The notes beneath the pieces are model-generated. The model saw only the letters and a program-made list of their open reading frames with translations. It searched no databases and had not been told where the DNA came from. A stretch of 64,000 nucleotides of DNA from Oscillospiraceae bacterium (GTDB lineage Bacteria; Bacillota; Clostridia; Oscillospirales; CAG-272), in NCBI GenBank assembly GCA_015065285.1, contig SVQP01000005.1, positions 9,794-73,793 of the forward strand. Direction: 5' to 3'. A program made the position numbers and the translations under genes. Shown here piece after piece: positions 15,360 to 25,244 of this stretch. Position 1 is the first letter of the stretch, and the number at the start of each line of letters is the position of its first letter.

Positions 15360-16682
15360 ATGGCGTTTCCAAAAAACTTTTTATGGGGCACGGCAACAAG
15401 TGCAGGTCAGATCGAGGGCGGTGCACTGACAGACGGCAGAACCCCCAGCATCTGGGATACCATGGCTGCAAAGCCGGGCAGGATCTTTGGTGGGCACACA
15501 CCCGAGATTGCCTGCGACAGCTATCATCAGTTTGACCGAGATCTGCGCAATCTTTGCGCGCTTGGCGTCAATTCCTACCGCATGTCGATCTCGTGGTCGC
15601 GCGTGCTGCCAAACGGTACGGGACAAATCAATCAAGCCGGCATAGACTATTACAGACGCGCGTTCGAATCCCTCTTGGAAAAGGGCATAGCTCCTTGCGT
15701 GACGCTGTATCACTGGGATCTGCCGCAGGTCTTGGAGGATCGTGGCGGCTGGGTCAACCGCGATTCGATCGAGTGGTTTGGTGAGTACGCGGATAAGATG
15801 TTTACCGCTTACGGTGATATCGTACCCATGTGGGCAACCATCAACGAGCCGATTGCCACCTACGTGGGCTATGCGCTGGGCGGCTTTGCGCCGGGATATA
15901 CCAATGAAGTCTGGGGAAATCAGGCGCGTCACAATATTCTGGTGGCACACGGTAAGGGCGTGCAGGCGTTCCGCGCGCACAATCTGCAAAACAGTCAGAT
16001 CGGTGCGGTGATCGACATCTGGAAGCGGCATGCGCTGACCGATTCGCCCGAGGATATTGCACTGATGATCGATCAGGACGAGCGCAACTGGAAATTCTAT
16101 TGCGATCCCTTGTATGCAGGCAGATACAGCGATTATATCCTGGAGCACCTGGAGCGCGAGGGCACGCTGATGAAAATTGCGCCCGAGGACTATGGTATTA
16201 TGAGTCAAAAGACCGATTATTTCGGCTTGAACGTATACAATCGCGTGCCCGTGACGCACAATCAGAAGGTGCAGGCGGATTTCTCGCAGGGCGGTAATTT
16301 CCTTAACAACCGCACGGAGTATTATCCGCGCGCGGTCTACGATGCCATTGTTATGCTCAAGGAAATGTATGCGCTGGATATTCCGTTCTACGTCACCGAA
16401 AACGGTACGTATTTCGAGGGTGATGAGCCCGTTGACGCGGATGGTATGATCCACGACGACGACCGCATCCGTTACGTACAGGGCTTTTTGTCCTATATTG
16501 AAAAGGCGATTGACGAGGGCTACGACGTGCGCGGCTATTACCTCTGGAGCCTGATGGATAATTTTGAATGGAGCGCGGGCTACAATTTCAAGTTTGGCAT
16601 TATGAGCTGTGACAGAGAAGGAAAGACCGCTTTTAAAAAGAGCGCGCTGTTTTACCGCGATTTTATTGCGAAAAACCGTTAA
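15360..16682 (+). CDS. Glycoside hydrolase family 1 beta-glucosidase / 6-phospho-beta-glucosidase
   Basis: FLWGTATSAGQIEGG, TINEP and YVTENG catalytic motifs. Confidence 0.9.
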   Translation: MAFPKNFLWGTATSAGQIEGGALTDGRTPSIWDTMAAKPGRIFGGHTPEIACDSYHQFDRDLRNLCALGVNSYRMSISWSRVLPNGTGQINQAGIDYYRRAFESLLEKGIAPCVTLYHWDLPQVLEDRGGWVNRDSIEWFGEYADKMFTAYGDIVPMWATINEPIATYVGYALGGFAPGYTNEVWGNQARHNILVAHGKGVQAFRAHNLQNSQIGAVIDIWKRHALTDSPEDIALMIDQDERNWKFYCDPLYAGRYSDYILEHLEREGTLMKIAPEDYGIMSQKTDYFGLNVYNRVPVTHNQKVQADFSQGGNFLNNRTEYYPRAVYDAIVMLKEMYALDIPFYVTENGTYFEGDEPVDADGMIHDDDRIRYVQGFLSYIEKAIDEGYDVRGYYLWSLMDNFEWSAGYNFKFGIMSCDREGKTAFKKSALFYRDFIAKNR

Positions 16683-16773
16683 TATTTTTTAAACTTTGTA
16701 AAAGCGTGAAACTTTTTGCGATTTTTGTCGTCTATATAAGTATAAGGATAAATTGACCTCGGAGGTGAACGGA

Positions 16774-17046
16774 TTGAAATCGGGTATCAGAGCAATATGG
16801 GCAATGATTTGTACGGCATGGATAAGCGGAGCAGCTGCGTTGTGCGCTTATGCTGCCGAGCAGGGAACTGAGCAGATCAGTCGTGCCGCTCGGGTCATGT
16901 CGGTCATGGACGTGCTGCAAACGGTCTGCATTGTCATCGTCATTGTCGTAGCTGTACTGGTGCTTGCGTTTTATCTGTTGAAAATGATTCTTGCAAGGAC
17001 GCCTGCGTCCTTGGATCAAAAGGAGAAAAAGAATGAAGAAAAATAG
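16774..17046 (+). CDS. Small secreted, C-terminally anchored hypothetical protein
   Basis: A TTG at 16774 lies 6 nt after GGAGGTG. There is a signal-peptide-like N-terminus ending AYA and one C-terminal TM helix followed by a Lys/Glu tail. Confidence 0.45.
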   Translation: MKSGIRAIWAMICTAWISGAAALCAYAAEQGTEQISRAARVMSVMDVLQTVCIVIVIVVAVLVLAFYLLKMILARTPASLDQKEKKNEEK

Positions 17047-17647
17047 ATGGATCAAGGTGCTCTCTCTCGCCCTTGCGGCAGTATTGTCATGTGCGTTTTT
17101 TACGGGCTGTGATTTTGTGGGCATTGAGCCCTTGCTTGGACTGCTCCCGGGTATGGACCGACATCAAACCTCGATGCGGGTGACCATGGATTACGGCAAT
17201 TACAGAGGCTCCCGCTATGCCACGCCTTTGCTGGAGTCCTGCGAGACGGATTTCCTTAATAAGCAGCAATGGGGATTGGATGAGTTTGTGCCGGGGGATG
17301 TGTATTACGTCACCTACACGGGAGAGATGATGTTTCTGGAGAGCTACCCGGGTAGGGTGGTGCTCAAGGATGGCGCGGTGGTTTCTGTGGAGCGCGAGGA
17401 TGCGGGTATCCTTGCCGTGTCCTTCGATGGGCAGCAGGTTCTGCAAAGCCTTGAGGATGACTTTGTGCTTGACGCACAGCTGCCCGAATACGTGATTTTG
17501 AATCGGGATGGCGATTTCTGTAAGACGGAGCATTGTTTCTATGGGGGAACCCTATATGCCACCTACGAAAAGGCAAAAGCCGAGCAAACAGAGGATGGCA
17601 AGACGTGCATTGAGGTGCTTGCAATCTACGCGTATATGCCAAGATAA
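17033..17647 (+). CDS. Hypothetical lipoprotein
   Basis: AGGAGA RBS. MKKNRWIKVLSLALAAVLSCAFFTGC signal and lipobox. Confidence 0.6.
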   Translation: MKKNRWIKVLSLALAAVLSCAFFTGCDFVGIEPLLGLLPGMDRHQTSMRVTMDYGNYRGSRYATPLLESCETDFLNKQQWGLDEFVPGDVYYVTYTGEMMFLESYPGRVVLKDGAVVSVEREDAGILAVSFDGQQVLQSLEDDFVLDAQLPEYVILNRDGDFCKTEHCFYGGTLYATYEKAKAEQTEDGKTCIEVLAIYAYMPR

Positions 17648-17701
17648 ATGAAAACGAGCATCGGACAGCGTCCGATGCTCGTTTTTCTATGTGATTTTTG
17701 T

Positions 17702-18778
17702 TCAGTTGCAGATCTCGTAAGACATGTTGTAAAGCTTTTCGATCTTTGCCTGACGGTAAGCGCAGCGTGCACGCATGGAGGCAATCTCATCAGCACTGAA
17801 TCTGTCAAGGTCGCCCTCTTTGAGCTTGCCCTTGTACATGCGGTCCAGCACCAGTGCATAGTTGATATCCTCGTTGGTGATCTTGTTTTCCAGCACTGCC
17901 ATGACGCGGTTGGATTTGCCCTGAAGCAGCAGATTAACCGCCTCAACGCCCATCTGTGTAGCAGTCATACGGTCGCGCAGGGTAGGACCGCCACCGCGGA
18001 TGATGTGACCTACGCGAGCAAACTTGGTTTCAATGCCGGTCTGAGCCTGCACCTTTTCTGCAAAATACTCGCTGTACTTGCGGCCGTTGACCTGGGGCAT
18101 GCCCTCGGAGAACACCACAATAATGCCTCTCTTGCCTTTCTCACGTACGGTGGCAACCTTGCGAATGGCTGCTTCCTCGTCAAAGTCAGTCTCGGGAATG
18201 GCAATCGCCACAGCACCCGTGCAAATACCTGCATACAGCGCAACAAGACCGCAGTCTCTGCCCATGACCTCCACGACGTTGCATCTTGCGTGAGACTCGC
18301 AGGTGTCGCGCAGGTAGTCGATCATGCCAAGCAGGGTATTGACGGCAGTATCGTAGCCGATGGTCAGATCGGTTGCGGTAATGTCGTTGTCAATGGTTGC
18401 GGGAATGCCGATTGCGGGAATCCCGTGGTTGGTAATATCGGTTGCACCGCGGAAGGTACCGTCACCACCGATGGCAACGAGCGCGTCGATATCGTTTTCA
18501 TGGCAGGTTTGCAGTGCCTTTGCCATGCCCTCGGGTGTTGCGAATTCGGGGCAACGGGAGGAATAGAGGATGGTACCGCCACGCGTAACGATATTGGAAA
18601 CGCTGTGGGATTCCAGGACAGTCAGGTCACCGTTCAAAAGACCTGCGTAGCCACCGTTGATACCAACGACCTCAATGCCCTCAGCAAGGGCCTTTCTTGT
18701 TACGGCTCTGACAGCCGCGTTCATGCCGGGGGCATCGCCGCCCGACGTCAAAACACCAATTTTCTTAAACTTTGCCAT
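17702..18778 (-). CDS. pfkA: ATP-dependent 6-phosphofructokinase
   Basis: KIGVLTSGGDAPGMNAAVRAV, GGDGT and IDNDI motifs. Confidence 0.9.
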   Translation of the reverse strand: MAKFKKIGVLTSGGDAPGMNAAVRAVTRKALAEGIEVVGINGGYAGLLNGDLTVLESHSVSNIVTRGGTILYSSRCPEFATPEGMAKALQTCHENDIDALVAIGGDGTFRGATDITNHGIPAIGIPATIDNDITATDLTIGYDTAVNTLLGMIDYLRDTCESHARCNVVEVMGRDCGLVALYAGICTGAVAIAIPETDFDEEAAIRKVATVREKGKRGIIVVFSEGMPQVNGRKYSEYFAEKVQAQTGIETKFARVGHIIRGGGPTLRDRMTATQMGVEAVNLLLQGKSNRVMAVLENKITNEDINYALVLDRMYKGKLKEGDLDRFSADEIASMRARCAYRQAKIEKLYNMSYEICN

Positions 18779-18881
18779 GTAATTGCCTTTCTGTCCCATC
18801 ATGGGGGTCTTGAAATTTTCCAATTTATTATTTTACAATATTTTGTAAGAAAAATCAAGGGGATATGCGAAAATTCTGCCG

Positions 18882-19394
18882 TTATTCCCGAATATTTTGC
18901 GCTTCTCTGCATGCAAGTGCCAAAGAGAGCAGAGCAGCGCGTGAGCGGATCTCGTGCCGCGGCAGATAAGCGGGCATGCAATAGCGCACGGCAAAGGTGT
19001 GCGCAGGCGTGCTGACCCCGATATAGACTGTGCCCACGGGCGTGCTTTGACTGCCGCCACCGGGACCTGCCACACCGGTCAGAGAGATTGCAATATCAGC
19101 GCCCGTGTGCGTGCGAGCACCCTCTGCCATGGCGCGTGCTACGGGTGCGGAGACCTCGGTATGCTGCTCAATCAGACTCTCGGGCACGCCCAAAAGCTGT
19201 GTTTTCATTTGGTTGGTATAGGTCACAAAGCCGCCCTTGTAAACAGCCGAGCTGCCGGGAGTTGCGGTGATCAGCGCGCCCACAAGACCGCCCGTGCAGG
19301 ATTCTGCCGTGGCAAGCGTCAAGCCCTTGTCGCTAAACATGATTCTCAGCTGCTCGCTGGGATCGGGGGGGATGATGATAGAATTGATTTTCAT
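18882..19394 (-). CDS. CinA-family nicotinamide-nucleotide amidohydrolase (PncC domain)
   Basis: [12 protein letters not shown] ... [12 protein letters not shown] signature. Confidence 0.8.
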   Translation of the reverse strand: MKINSIIIPPDPSEQLRIMFSDKGLTLATAESCTGGLVGALITATPGSSAVYKGGFVTYTNQMKTQLLGVPESLIEQHTEVSAPVARAMAEGARTHTGADIAISLTGVAGPGGGSQSTPVGTVYIGVSTPAHTFAVRYCMPAYLPRHEIRSRAALLSLALACREAQNIRE

Positions 19395-19467
19395 AACGTT
19401 TCTCCAAAAAAGCGGCAGCATCCCGGGATGCTGCCGCCGTAATGCTTTTTATGAAAGAGAAGCAGCT

Positions 19468-20439
19468 TTATTTGCCCTCTTTGACGTGCAGATCCACCTG
19501 AGCATGAGGCACCTCAATGCCGTTGGCAGAGAAAGCAGCCTTAACCTGATCTCCAAGATCAAACTTTACAGTCCAGAAATCGGCGTTTTTACACCAGGCA
19601 CGTGCAGTCAGCGTTACACCGCTTTCGGTCATGTCGGTCATGCGGACAAAATGCTCGGGATCCTTAAGAACCAGCGGATGCGCAGCAACGATGTCGTTTA
19701 CAATGCCGATCGCTTTATCAAGATCGGATTTGTGAGAGAGTGCAAAGGAAATATCCACGCGGCGGTTTTCCTCACGGGAGTAGTTGATCACAGTCGAGTT
19801 GGTCAAGCCACCGTTGGGCAGCAGAATATGCTTGTTATCGGGGGTGCGGATGGTGGTATAAAAGAAGCCAACGTCAATGACCGTGCCGCTAACGCCCTGC
19901 GTTTCAATAAAATCGTCAATGCGGAAGGGGCGGAACAAAAGCAGCATAAATCCGCCTGCCAGGTTGGAAAGCGAGCCCTGCAATGCCAATGCAACAGCAG
20001 CACCTGCAGATGCAATGACCGTAATAACGGATGCCATAGGCACGCCGATAATCGCTACAATGGAAACCACAAGCAGTACGTTGAGCATGATCTTGATCAG
20101 ATGATGCAGGAAAACGCGAACAGTGCGGTCCATTTTGTCAAACTTCTTTCCGTCAGGGAAGAACTTGAGCAGCAGCTTGATCAGCAGATTGCCGATCAGT
20201 AAAATGAGAAGGCAAGCTACGATCTTGCCTGCGATGCTGATACAAAGAGGAATGAGGTTTTCGGGATTGAGCCAATTCAGAATTGCATCGAGATAAGCAG
20301 AGGCGCCTGCTTCTGTTGCAACGTCGGTTACTGCCTCGGTTGCAGCCTCGGCTACAGTCTCGGTGATCTGCTCGGTAATTTCTTCTGCTGAGCGAAGAAT
20401 GGGATTGGGAGATACCAAAGTGATTACACTTCCTTTCAT
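19468..20439 (-). CDS. Small-conductance mechanosensitive channel (MscS family)
   Basis: TM helices followed by an FRPFRIDDFIE...GTVIDVGFFYTTIRTPDN beta-domain motif. Confidence 0.85.
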   Translation of the reverse strand: MKGSVITLVSPNPILRSAEEITEQITETVAEAATEAVTDVATEAGASAYLDAILNWLNPENLIPLCISIAGKIVACLLILLIGNLLIKLLLKFFPDGKKFDKMDRTVRVFLHHLIKIMLNVLLVVSIVAIIGVPMASVITVIASAGAAVALALQGSLSNLAGGFMLLLFRPFRIDDFIETQGVSGTVIDVGFFYTTIRTPDNKHILLPNGGLTNSTVINYSREENRRVDISFALSHKSDLDKAIGIVNDIVAAHPLVLKDPEHFVRMTDMTESGVTLTARAWCKNADFWTVKFDLGDQVKAAFSANGIEVPHAQVDLHVKEGK

Positions 20440-20513
20440 ATGATTCTGTTAGGGTACGTTTATTATAACACGGAAATAGTATCTTTGTAAACTATTATTT
20501 CGGAAAATTTGGC

Positions 20514-20542
20514 TTGACAGCCAAAAAAATTTTTCGTATAAT
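20514..20542 (+). promoter_or_regulatory. Consensus sigma-A promoter
   Basis: TTGACA, 17 nt, TATAAT. Confidence 0.65.
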
Positions 20543-20573
20543 GAAGAAAATATGTAAAAAGGGGGGTAAAAAG

Positions 20574-21461
20574 ATGAGCCAATGCCATGCATGTCCGCGC
20601 AACTGCGGAGCAGACCGAGCAAGTGACAGAGGATACTGCGGGCAGAGCGAAGCGTTTCGCATTGCGCGCGCTGCGCTGCACATGTGGGAGGAACCCTGCA
20701 TCAGCGGCACGCGCGGTTCGGGTACCGTATTTTTCTCGGGCTGTAATCTTGGCTGCGTGTTCTGTCAGAATTACAGAGTCAGTCATCGCGGTCAGGGCAT
20801 GGAGATCAGTGCCGACGAGCTGATCGAGCGCATGCTTGCCTTGCAGGCTGCCGGTGCGCACAATATCAATCTGGTCACCCCCACGCACTTTGCCGTGCAG
20901 CTGGCAGAGGTGCTGGCACGCGTCAAGCCATTGCTGCATATCCCGGTTGTTTACAATACGGGTGGCTATGAAAAGCCAGAAATACTTGCATTGCTTGCCC
21001 CTTACGTGGACGTTTGGATGCCGGACTTTAAGTTTGCCGATCGGCAGCTCTCTGCAAGTTATGCAAGCGCACCCGATTATCCCGAGATAGCAGAGCGCGC
21101 CATTGCCACGATGTATGCGCTGGCAGGAAGTGCGCAATTTGATGCACAGGGCATGATGACGCGCGGTGTGCTGGTGCGCCATCTGGTACTGCCGGGCTGC
21201 CGCAAGGATTCCATTGCAGTGCTTGACAGACTTGCAAATGCCGTGCCCGTGTGTGAGGTGCGCCTTTCTTTGATGAGCCAGTATACTCCTGAATTTGCCA
21301 TGGACGCGCCCTATGCCAATCTGCACCGCCGCGTGACCACGTTTGAATATGAGTCGGTCATGGCGCATGCCGAAAAGCTTGGCTTTATCGGCTATATGCA
21401 GCAAAGGGAATCGGCAACGGCAAAGTACACGCCCGAGTTTGAAGGACAGGATATTCTCTGA
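20574..21461 (+). CDS. Radical SAM protein (PflX-like activating-enzyme family)
   Basis: CNLGCVFC CxxxCxxC motif and an N-terminal Cys cluster CHACPRNC. RBS GGGGGG upstream of the ATG at 20574. Confidence 0.8.
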   Translation: MSQCHACPRNCGADRASDRGYCGQSEAFRIARAALHMWEEPCISGTRGSGTVFFSGCNLGCVFCQNYRVSHRGQGMEISADELIERMLALQAAGAHNINLVTPTHFAVQLAEVLARVKPLLHIPVVYNTGGYEKPEILALLAPYVDVWMPDFKFADRQLSASYASAPDYPEIAERAIATMYALAGSAQFDAQGMMTRGVLVRHLVLPGCRKDSIAVLDRLANAVPVCEVRLSLMSQYTPEFAMDAPYANLHRRVTTFEYESVMAHAEKLGFIGYMQQRESATAKYTPEFEGQDIL

Positions 21462-21577
21462 GATCCCAAAACTCACCCGATAGGTGAGCTTTCGCGAAAT
21501 CTGCGTTGTTGATTTGTCGCTTTTTTGGTGCTATCATAATTTCGTAAGGAGTCCTTAACAACGAAAGGAGATATATT

Positions 21578-22621
21578 ATGGAAATAGGAGCAAAAATCAA
21601 GCAACTCAGAGCCAAGGCGGGCATGACGCAGGAGCAGCTTGCCACCGCCCTTGGCATCAGCGCGCAATCGGTTTCCAAATGGGAGAATGCGATTACCATG
21701 CCCGACGTCGCCCTTTTGCCGCTGCTTGCAGGCGAGCTTGGCGTGAGCATTGATGAATTATTCGATCTGACTGCGGAGCAGAAGCTGCACCGTATCGAGC
21801 GTGGGATGGACGTGCTTGCAGAGTATTCGCCTGAAGAATTTGCGCGTCACGAGGAGTTTTTACTGCATCAACTGGACGAGTACCATGACAGAACGGTCAT
21901 TTTGGAGCATCTTTCCTCTCTGTATCATTTTCGCATGGAGGCGGATGCAAGACGCGTGAGCAAATATGCACGCGAAGCCATGCTGCGCGCACCCGAGAAA
22001 AAGGTTTGCCAGTGGATGCTGCAAATGTCCGAAGGGGCGGATGCCTGGGATTGGAACGTGGCAAACCATGCGCGGGTGATCGATTTCTACAAGCAGGTGA
22101 TAAAGAGCGACCGCGTAACGCCCAAGGCGACGCTGCCTTATATGTATCTGATCGATAATCTGATCGCAGACCATCGCACCACCGAGGCAGAGAAATATTT
22201 GGAGGAGTACGCAAAGCTGCCCGCAGCCAGACCCTTTATCATTCCCGTATACCGTGCACATATCGCGCTTGCCAAGTTCGACAAGCCCTGTGCTGATGAG
22301 ATTATGGCACAGGCAGAGCAGGAGTTTGGCACTGACACCGGCTTTTTGTTCGAGCTGGGGCAGTATCATGCAAAAACGGGGAATTATCAAAAGGCGATCG
22401 CATATTATCAAGCCTCATGGGATCAGGATGCCCAAAAGCCTCGCTATACCGATCCGCTGGATGCAATTTGCACCATTTATGAAATTCTTGGCGAGAATCA
22501 AAACGCTGTGGCAGCTTGCGACCGCCTGCTGTGCGCCTTAACCGAGGAATGGGGATACGAAAGCGACCATGCCCCCGTGCTTGAGGTCAAGAAGAGAAAG
22601 CAAGAGCTGATGCAGAAATAA
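21578..22621 (+). CDS. XRE-family HTH regulator with a TPR-like C-terminal domain
   Basis: MTQEQLATALGISAQSVSKWEN HTH followed by about 270 aa of helical repeat sequence. Confidence 0.7.
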   Translation: MEIGAKIKQLRAKAGMTQEQLATALGISAQSVSKWENAITMPDVALLPLLAGELGVSIDELFDLTAEQKLHRIERGMDVLAEYSPEEFARHEEFLLHQLDEYHDRTVILEHLSSLYHFRMEADARRVSKYAREAMLRAPEKKVCQWMLQMSEGADAWDWNVANHARVIDFYKQVIKSDRVTPKATLPYMYLIDNLIADHRTTEAEKYLEEYAKLPAARPFIIPVYRAHIALAKFDKPCADEIMAQAEQEFGTDTGFLFELGQYHAKTGNYQKAIAYYQASWDQDAQKPRYTDPLDAICTIYEILGENQNAVAACDRLLCALTEEWGYESDHAPVLEVKKRKQELMQK

Positions 22622-22632
22622 GAGCCAAAACA

Positions 22633-22663
22633 AAAAACCGAGCGCGCAGCGCTCGGTTTTTTT
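22633..22663. terminator. Bidirectional intrinsic terminator between convergent genes
   Basis: AAAAACCGAGCGC, gca, GCGCTCGGTTTTT, flanked by A and T runs. Confidence 0.85.
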
Positions 22664-22674
22664 CGTTTACAGAT

Positions 22675-23031
22675 TTAATATGCGATGGTGGTCATCAGCG
22701 CGTATTCGGGCTGCGAGACGTCCAGTCTGGAAGCCTGCGCCACAATGGGCTGATCGCTCTCTACCAGCACAGCGTAAGGCTTGTTGCGGGGGATGGGCTG
22801 ACCGTTATCAGCAACCATTTTGTCAAGTCTGATGTGGTTGGTGCGGTTGTTTTCGCAAACGGCATGCAAACCGGTCAGGGGCTCCTGATCCTCAAAATAA
22901 ATGGTCAGGTCAATGTGTGCCGTTTTGCCCGAAATATTGAGCACGCAAACTGCCTCGTGGCTGACGAATTCACCCTTGACAGTGTCGCTCATGTAACCGT
23001 CGGGGATCATCCAGACGTTCTTTCCGTACAT
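22675..23031 (-). CDS. ASRT (sensory rhodopsin transducer) family protein
   Basis: 118 aa. It aligns by eye with the Anabaena ASRT family (FVSHEAVCVLN, IYFEDQEP, HIRLD, VQ..RLD, TTIAY). Confidence 0.65.
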   Translation of the reverse strand: MYGKNVWMIPDGYMSDTVKGEFVSHEAVCVLNISGKTAHIDLTIYFEDQEPLTGLHAVCENNRTNHIRLDKMVADNGQPIPRNKPYAVLVESDQPIVAQASRLDVSQPEYALMTTIAY

Positions 23032-23100
23032 ATGATATTCTCCTTTGTATACAAGTATTTACAAAGCAAGTATATCACACCCGCCCCGCCTTGTCAAGCA

Positions 23101-23967
23101 TTATTTGCCCGTATCCGAGCAGGTGACCGAGGCTGCATTGAGGCTGTAGTTCATCGAGCCAACTGCTATGCGCGACCATGCGTCCTGCGTGCCGCCGTAG
23201 CGGATGGTCTTGAGTGACTTGCAGCCATAGAACGCCATATCCTCAATCTTTGTCACGCTTGCAGGCACGTTGACCGAGGAGGAGCCGGATGCAGCAGGGT
23301 AGTGCACAAGCGTTCTGCCGTCCGCGGTATACAGCACGCCGCCAATGTCCTTGTAGCTTGCATTCTGTGCGCTGACCGTTATGTACACAAGGCTTGTGCA
23401 GCCACCAAAGGCAAGGTGCCCGATGCTGGCAATTGACGCGGGAATCTGCACCACGGTGACCGAGGTGCAATTGTAAAACGCTTGCGGACCAATAGCGGTG
23501 ACGCGCTCGCCCGAGGGACTGGTGGAGGGGATGACCACGCAGATGTCACGGCATGCGCCAAGTCCGGTCAGCGTGCAGGTGCCGTTGCCGTTTGAGGTAA
23601 AGGTCAGTCCTGTGCTGTCGGTCGAGCTGCCGTTGTTTGTTGTGTTGCCACCCACGTTGCCACTGTTTCCACCGTTGTTTCCGGTATCGGGCACGATGAT
23701 GACGGGCTGCGTTTGCTGCTCATTGCCGCCCCCGTTGTTGTTCTGATTGTTTTGGTTGTTTTGGTTGTTTTGGTTGTTTTGGTTGTTCTGGTCATTGCCG
23801 AATTGGTTGCCGGGATTTTGATCCATGCCCCCCTGCAGCACGTCCGAGCCTTGCTCGGATTCCGGGTTTGTCTGATCTTCTGTGTTTTCCTCTTTGCATG
23901 CAACGGCACTCAGCAACAGCAGACCTACCAAGGCAAATGCCAGCGTTTTTGTCCATGCGCTTTTCAT
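23101..23967 (-). CDS. BspA-type leucine-rich-repeat lipoprotein with a Gln/Asn-rich linker
   Basis: Lipobox SAVAC, an (NQN)n low-complexity linker, and C-terminal repeats of the FxxCxSLxxIxIP type. Confidence 0.7.
   Translation of the reverse strand: MKSAWTKTLAFALVGLLLLSAVACKEENTEDQTNPESEQGSDVLQGGMDQNPGNQFGNDQNNQNNQNNQNNQNNQNNNGGGNEQQTQPVIIVPDTGNNGGNSGNVGGNTTNNGSSTDSTGLTFTSNGNGTCTLTGLGACRDICVVIPSTSPSGERVTAIGPQAFYNCTSVTVVQIPASIASIGHLAFGGCTSLVYITVSAQNASYKDIGGVLYTADGRTLVHYPAASGSSSVNVPASVTKIEDMAFYGCKSLKTIRYGGTQDAWSRIAVGSMNYSLNAASVTCSDTGK
23734..23790. repeat. In-frame 9-bp tandem repeat (GTTGTTTTG family) encoding (NQN)n
   Basis: Read directly; about six units inside the LRR lipoprotein gene. 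Confidence 0.85.
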
Positions 23968-24153
23968 GAACGTACCTCCTTTTTTGTGATGTGCCTTGAT
24001 TATAGCAAGCCTTATGCATGCTGTCAAAGCAAATCGTGCGACGCGCATCGCCCCTTTGTGCGCGCCTTTGAGTCATTCTGCGCACGCACGGCTTTCTCTG
24101 ACGCCATTCGCTCAAAAAAATCGCTCGACGGCATTTGCCATGACCCGACAAAC

Positions 24154-24182
24154 TTGACAAAGCGCGACAAATGTGGTATCAT
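24154..24182 (+). promoter_or_regulatory. Sigma-A promoter candidate for dusB
   Basis: TTGACA, 17 nt, TATCAT, with TG at the extended -10 position. Confidence 0.6.
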
Positions 24183-24213
24183 TTTTATATTCTGATACAA
24201 GGACGGACGGCAC

Positions 24214-25239
24214 ATGAAGATCGGACAAGCGCAACTCGGGCACGGACTGTTTTTAGCACCTATGGCAGGGGCTACGGACAGGGCTTTTCGTCGTGCCTGC
24301 CGAGAGCGGGGAGCGGAATTCACGGTCAGTGAAATGGTATCCGCAAAGGCGCTTTGCTATGAGCAAAAGAGCCCCAAGTTTGCAAGCCGCTCCAAGAGCG
24401 CGCCGCTTGCTTGCGTGCTTGCCGAGGAATATCCCATGGCGGTGCAGCTGTTCGGGCATGAGCCTGAGCTGATGGCAGAGGCGGCACGCATGATCGAGGC
24501 GTGCGATTATCTGGGCTGCAAAAGCGAGATGGCGCCCGTTGCCATCGATATCAACATGGGGTGCCCGGTCAATAAGGTGGTTGCCAACGGTGAGGGAAGT
24601 GCTTTGATGAAGGATATCCCCTTGGCGGGCAAGATCATTGAGGCGGTGGTAGGCGCTGTCAAGCTGCCTGTCACGGTCAAAATGCGTGCGGGCTGGGATA
24701 AAGACAGCATCAACGCGCCCGAGCTTGCACGCGTTGCCCAGGAATGCGGAGCTGCTGCCGTTTTCGTGCATTGCCGCACGCGACAGCAGATGTATATGCC
24801 GGGGGCTGCCCCCGAGATCGTGCGCCTTGTCAAAGAGAGCATCAGCATCCCCGTGATCGGAAACGGAGATATTTCCACCCCCGAGGATGGCTTGCGCATG
24901 CTGAAAGAGACCGGCTGTGACGGCATTATGATTGGCAGAGGCGCTTTGGGAAATCCCTGGATCTTCTCGCAAACAGCTGCCTTGATCGAGGGCAGGACTT
25001 ACGAGCTGCCCACCATACACGAGCGCTTTGATACCGCCATGACGCAGATTTATGAAATGGTGGATCAAAAGGGTATGCGCGTGGGTATGGCAGAAGCAAA
25101 AAAGCACGCGGCATGGTACGTGCGCGACGTGCGCTACGCAGCTCTGACGCGTGATCGCATTATGCAGGCGGAATGCCCCGAGGACATCCGCGCTGTATAT
25201 GATGAATTGATTTCCATGCAAAAGCAAGAGATACAGTGA
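24214..25239 (+). CDS. dusB: tRNA-dihydrouridine synthase
   Basis: LAPMAGATD, DINMGCP and HCRTR motifs of the Dus family. Confidence 0.85.
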   Translation: MKIGQAQLGHGLFLAPMAGATDRAFRRACRERGAEFTVSEMVSAKALCYEQKSPKFASRSKSAPLACVLAEEYPMAVQLFGHEPELMAEAARMIEACDYLGCKSEMAPVAIDINMGCPVNKVVANGEGSALMKDIPLAGKIIEAVVGAVKLPVTVKMRAGWDKDSINAPELARVAQECGAAAVFVHCRTRQQMYMPGAAPEIVRLVKESISIPVIGNGDISTPEDGLRMLKETGCDGIMIGRGALGNPWIFSQTAALIEGRTYELPTIHERFDTAMTQIYEMVDQKGMRVGMAEAKKHAAWYVRDVRYAALTRDRIMQAECPEDIRAVYDELISMQKQEIQ

Positions 25240-25244
25240 GGTGA

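Noticed and set aside
17648-19015. A 455-aa plus-strand ORF over pfkA and cinA.
   Set aside because: It is an antisense shadow of two well-supported minus-strand genes. It has no RBS and no recognisable domain.
23734-23790. Phase-variation (on/off) switch through a simple sequence repeat in the LRR lipoprotein gene.
   Set aside because: The unit length is 9 bp, so slippage keeps the reading frame. Only linker length can vary, which is reported as a low-interest finding instead.
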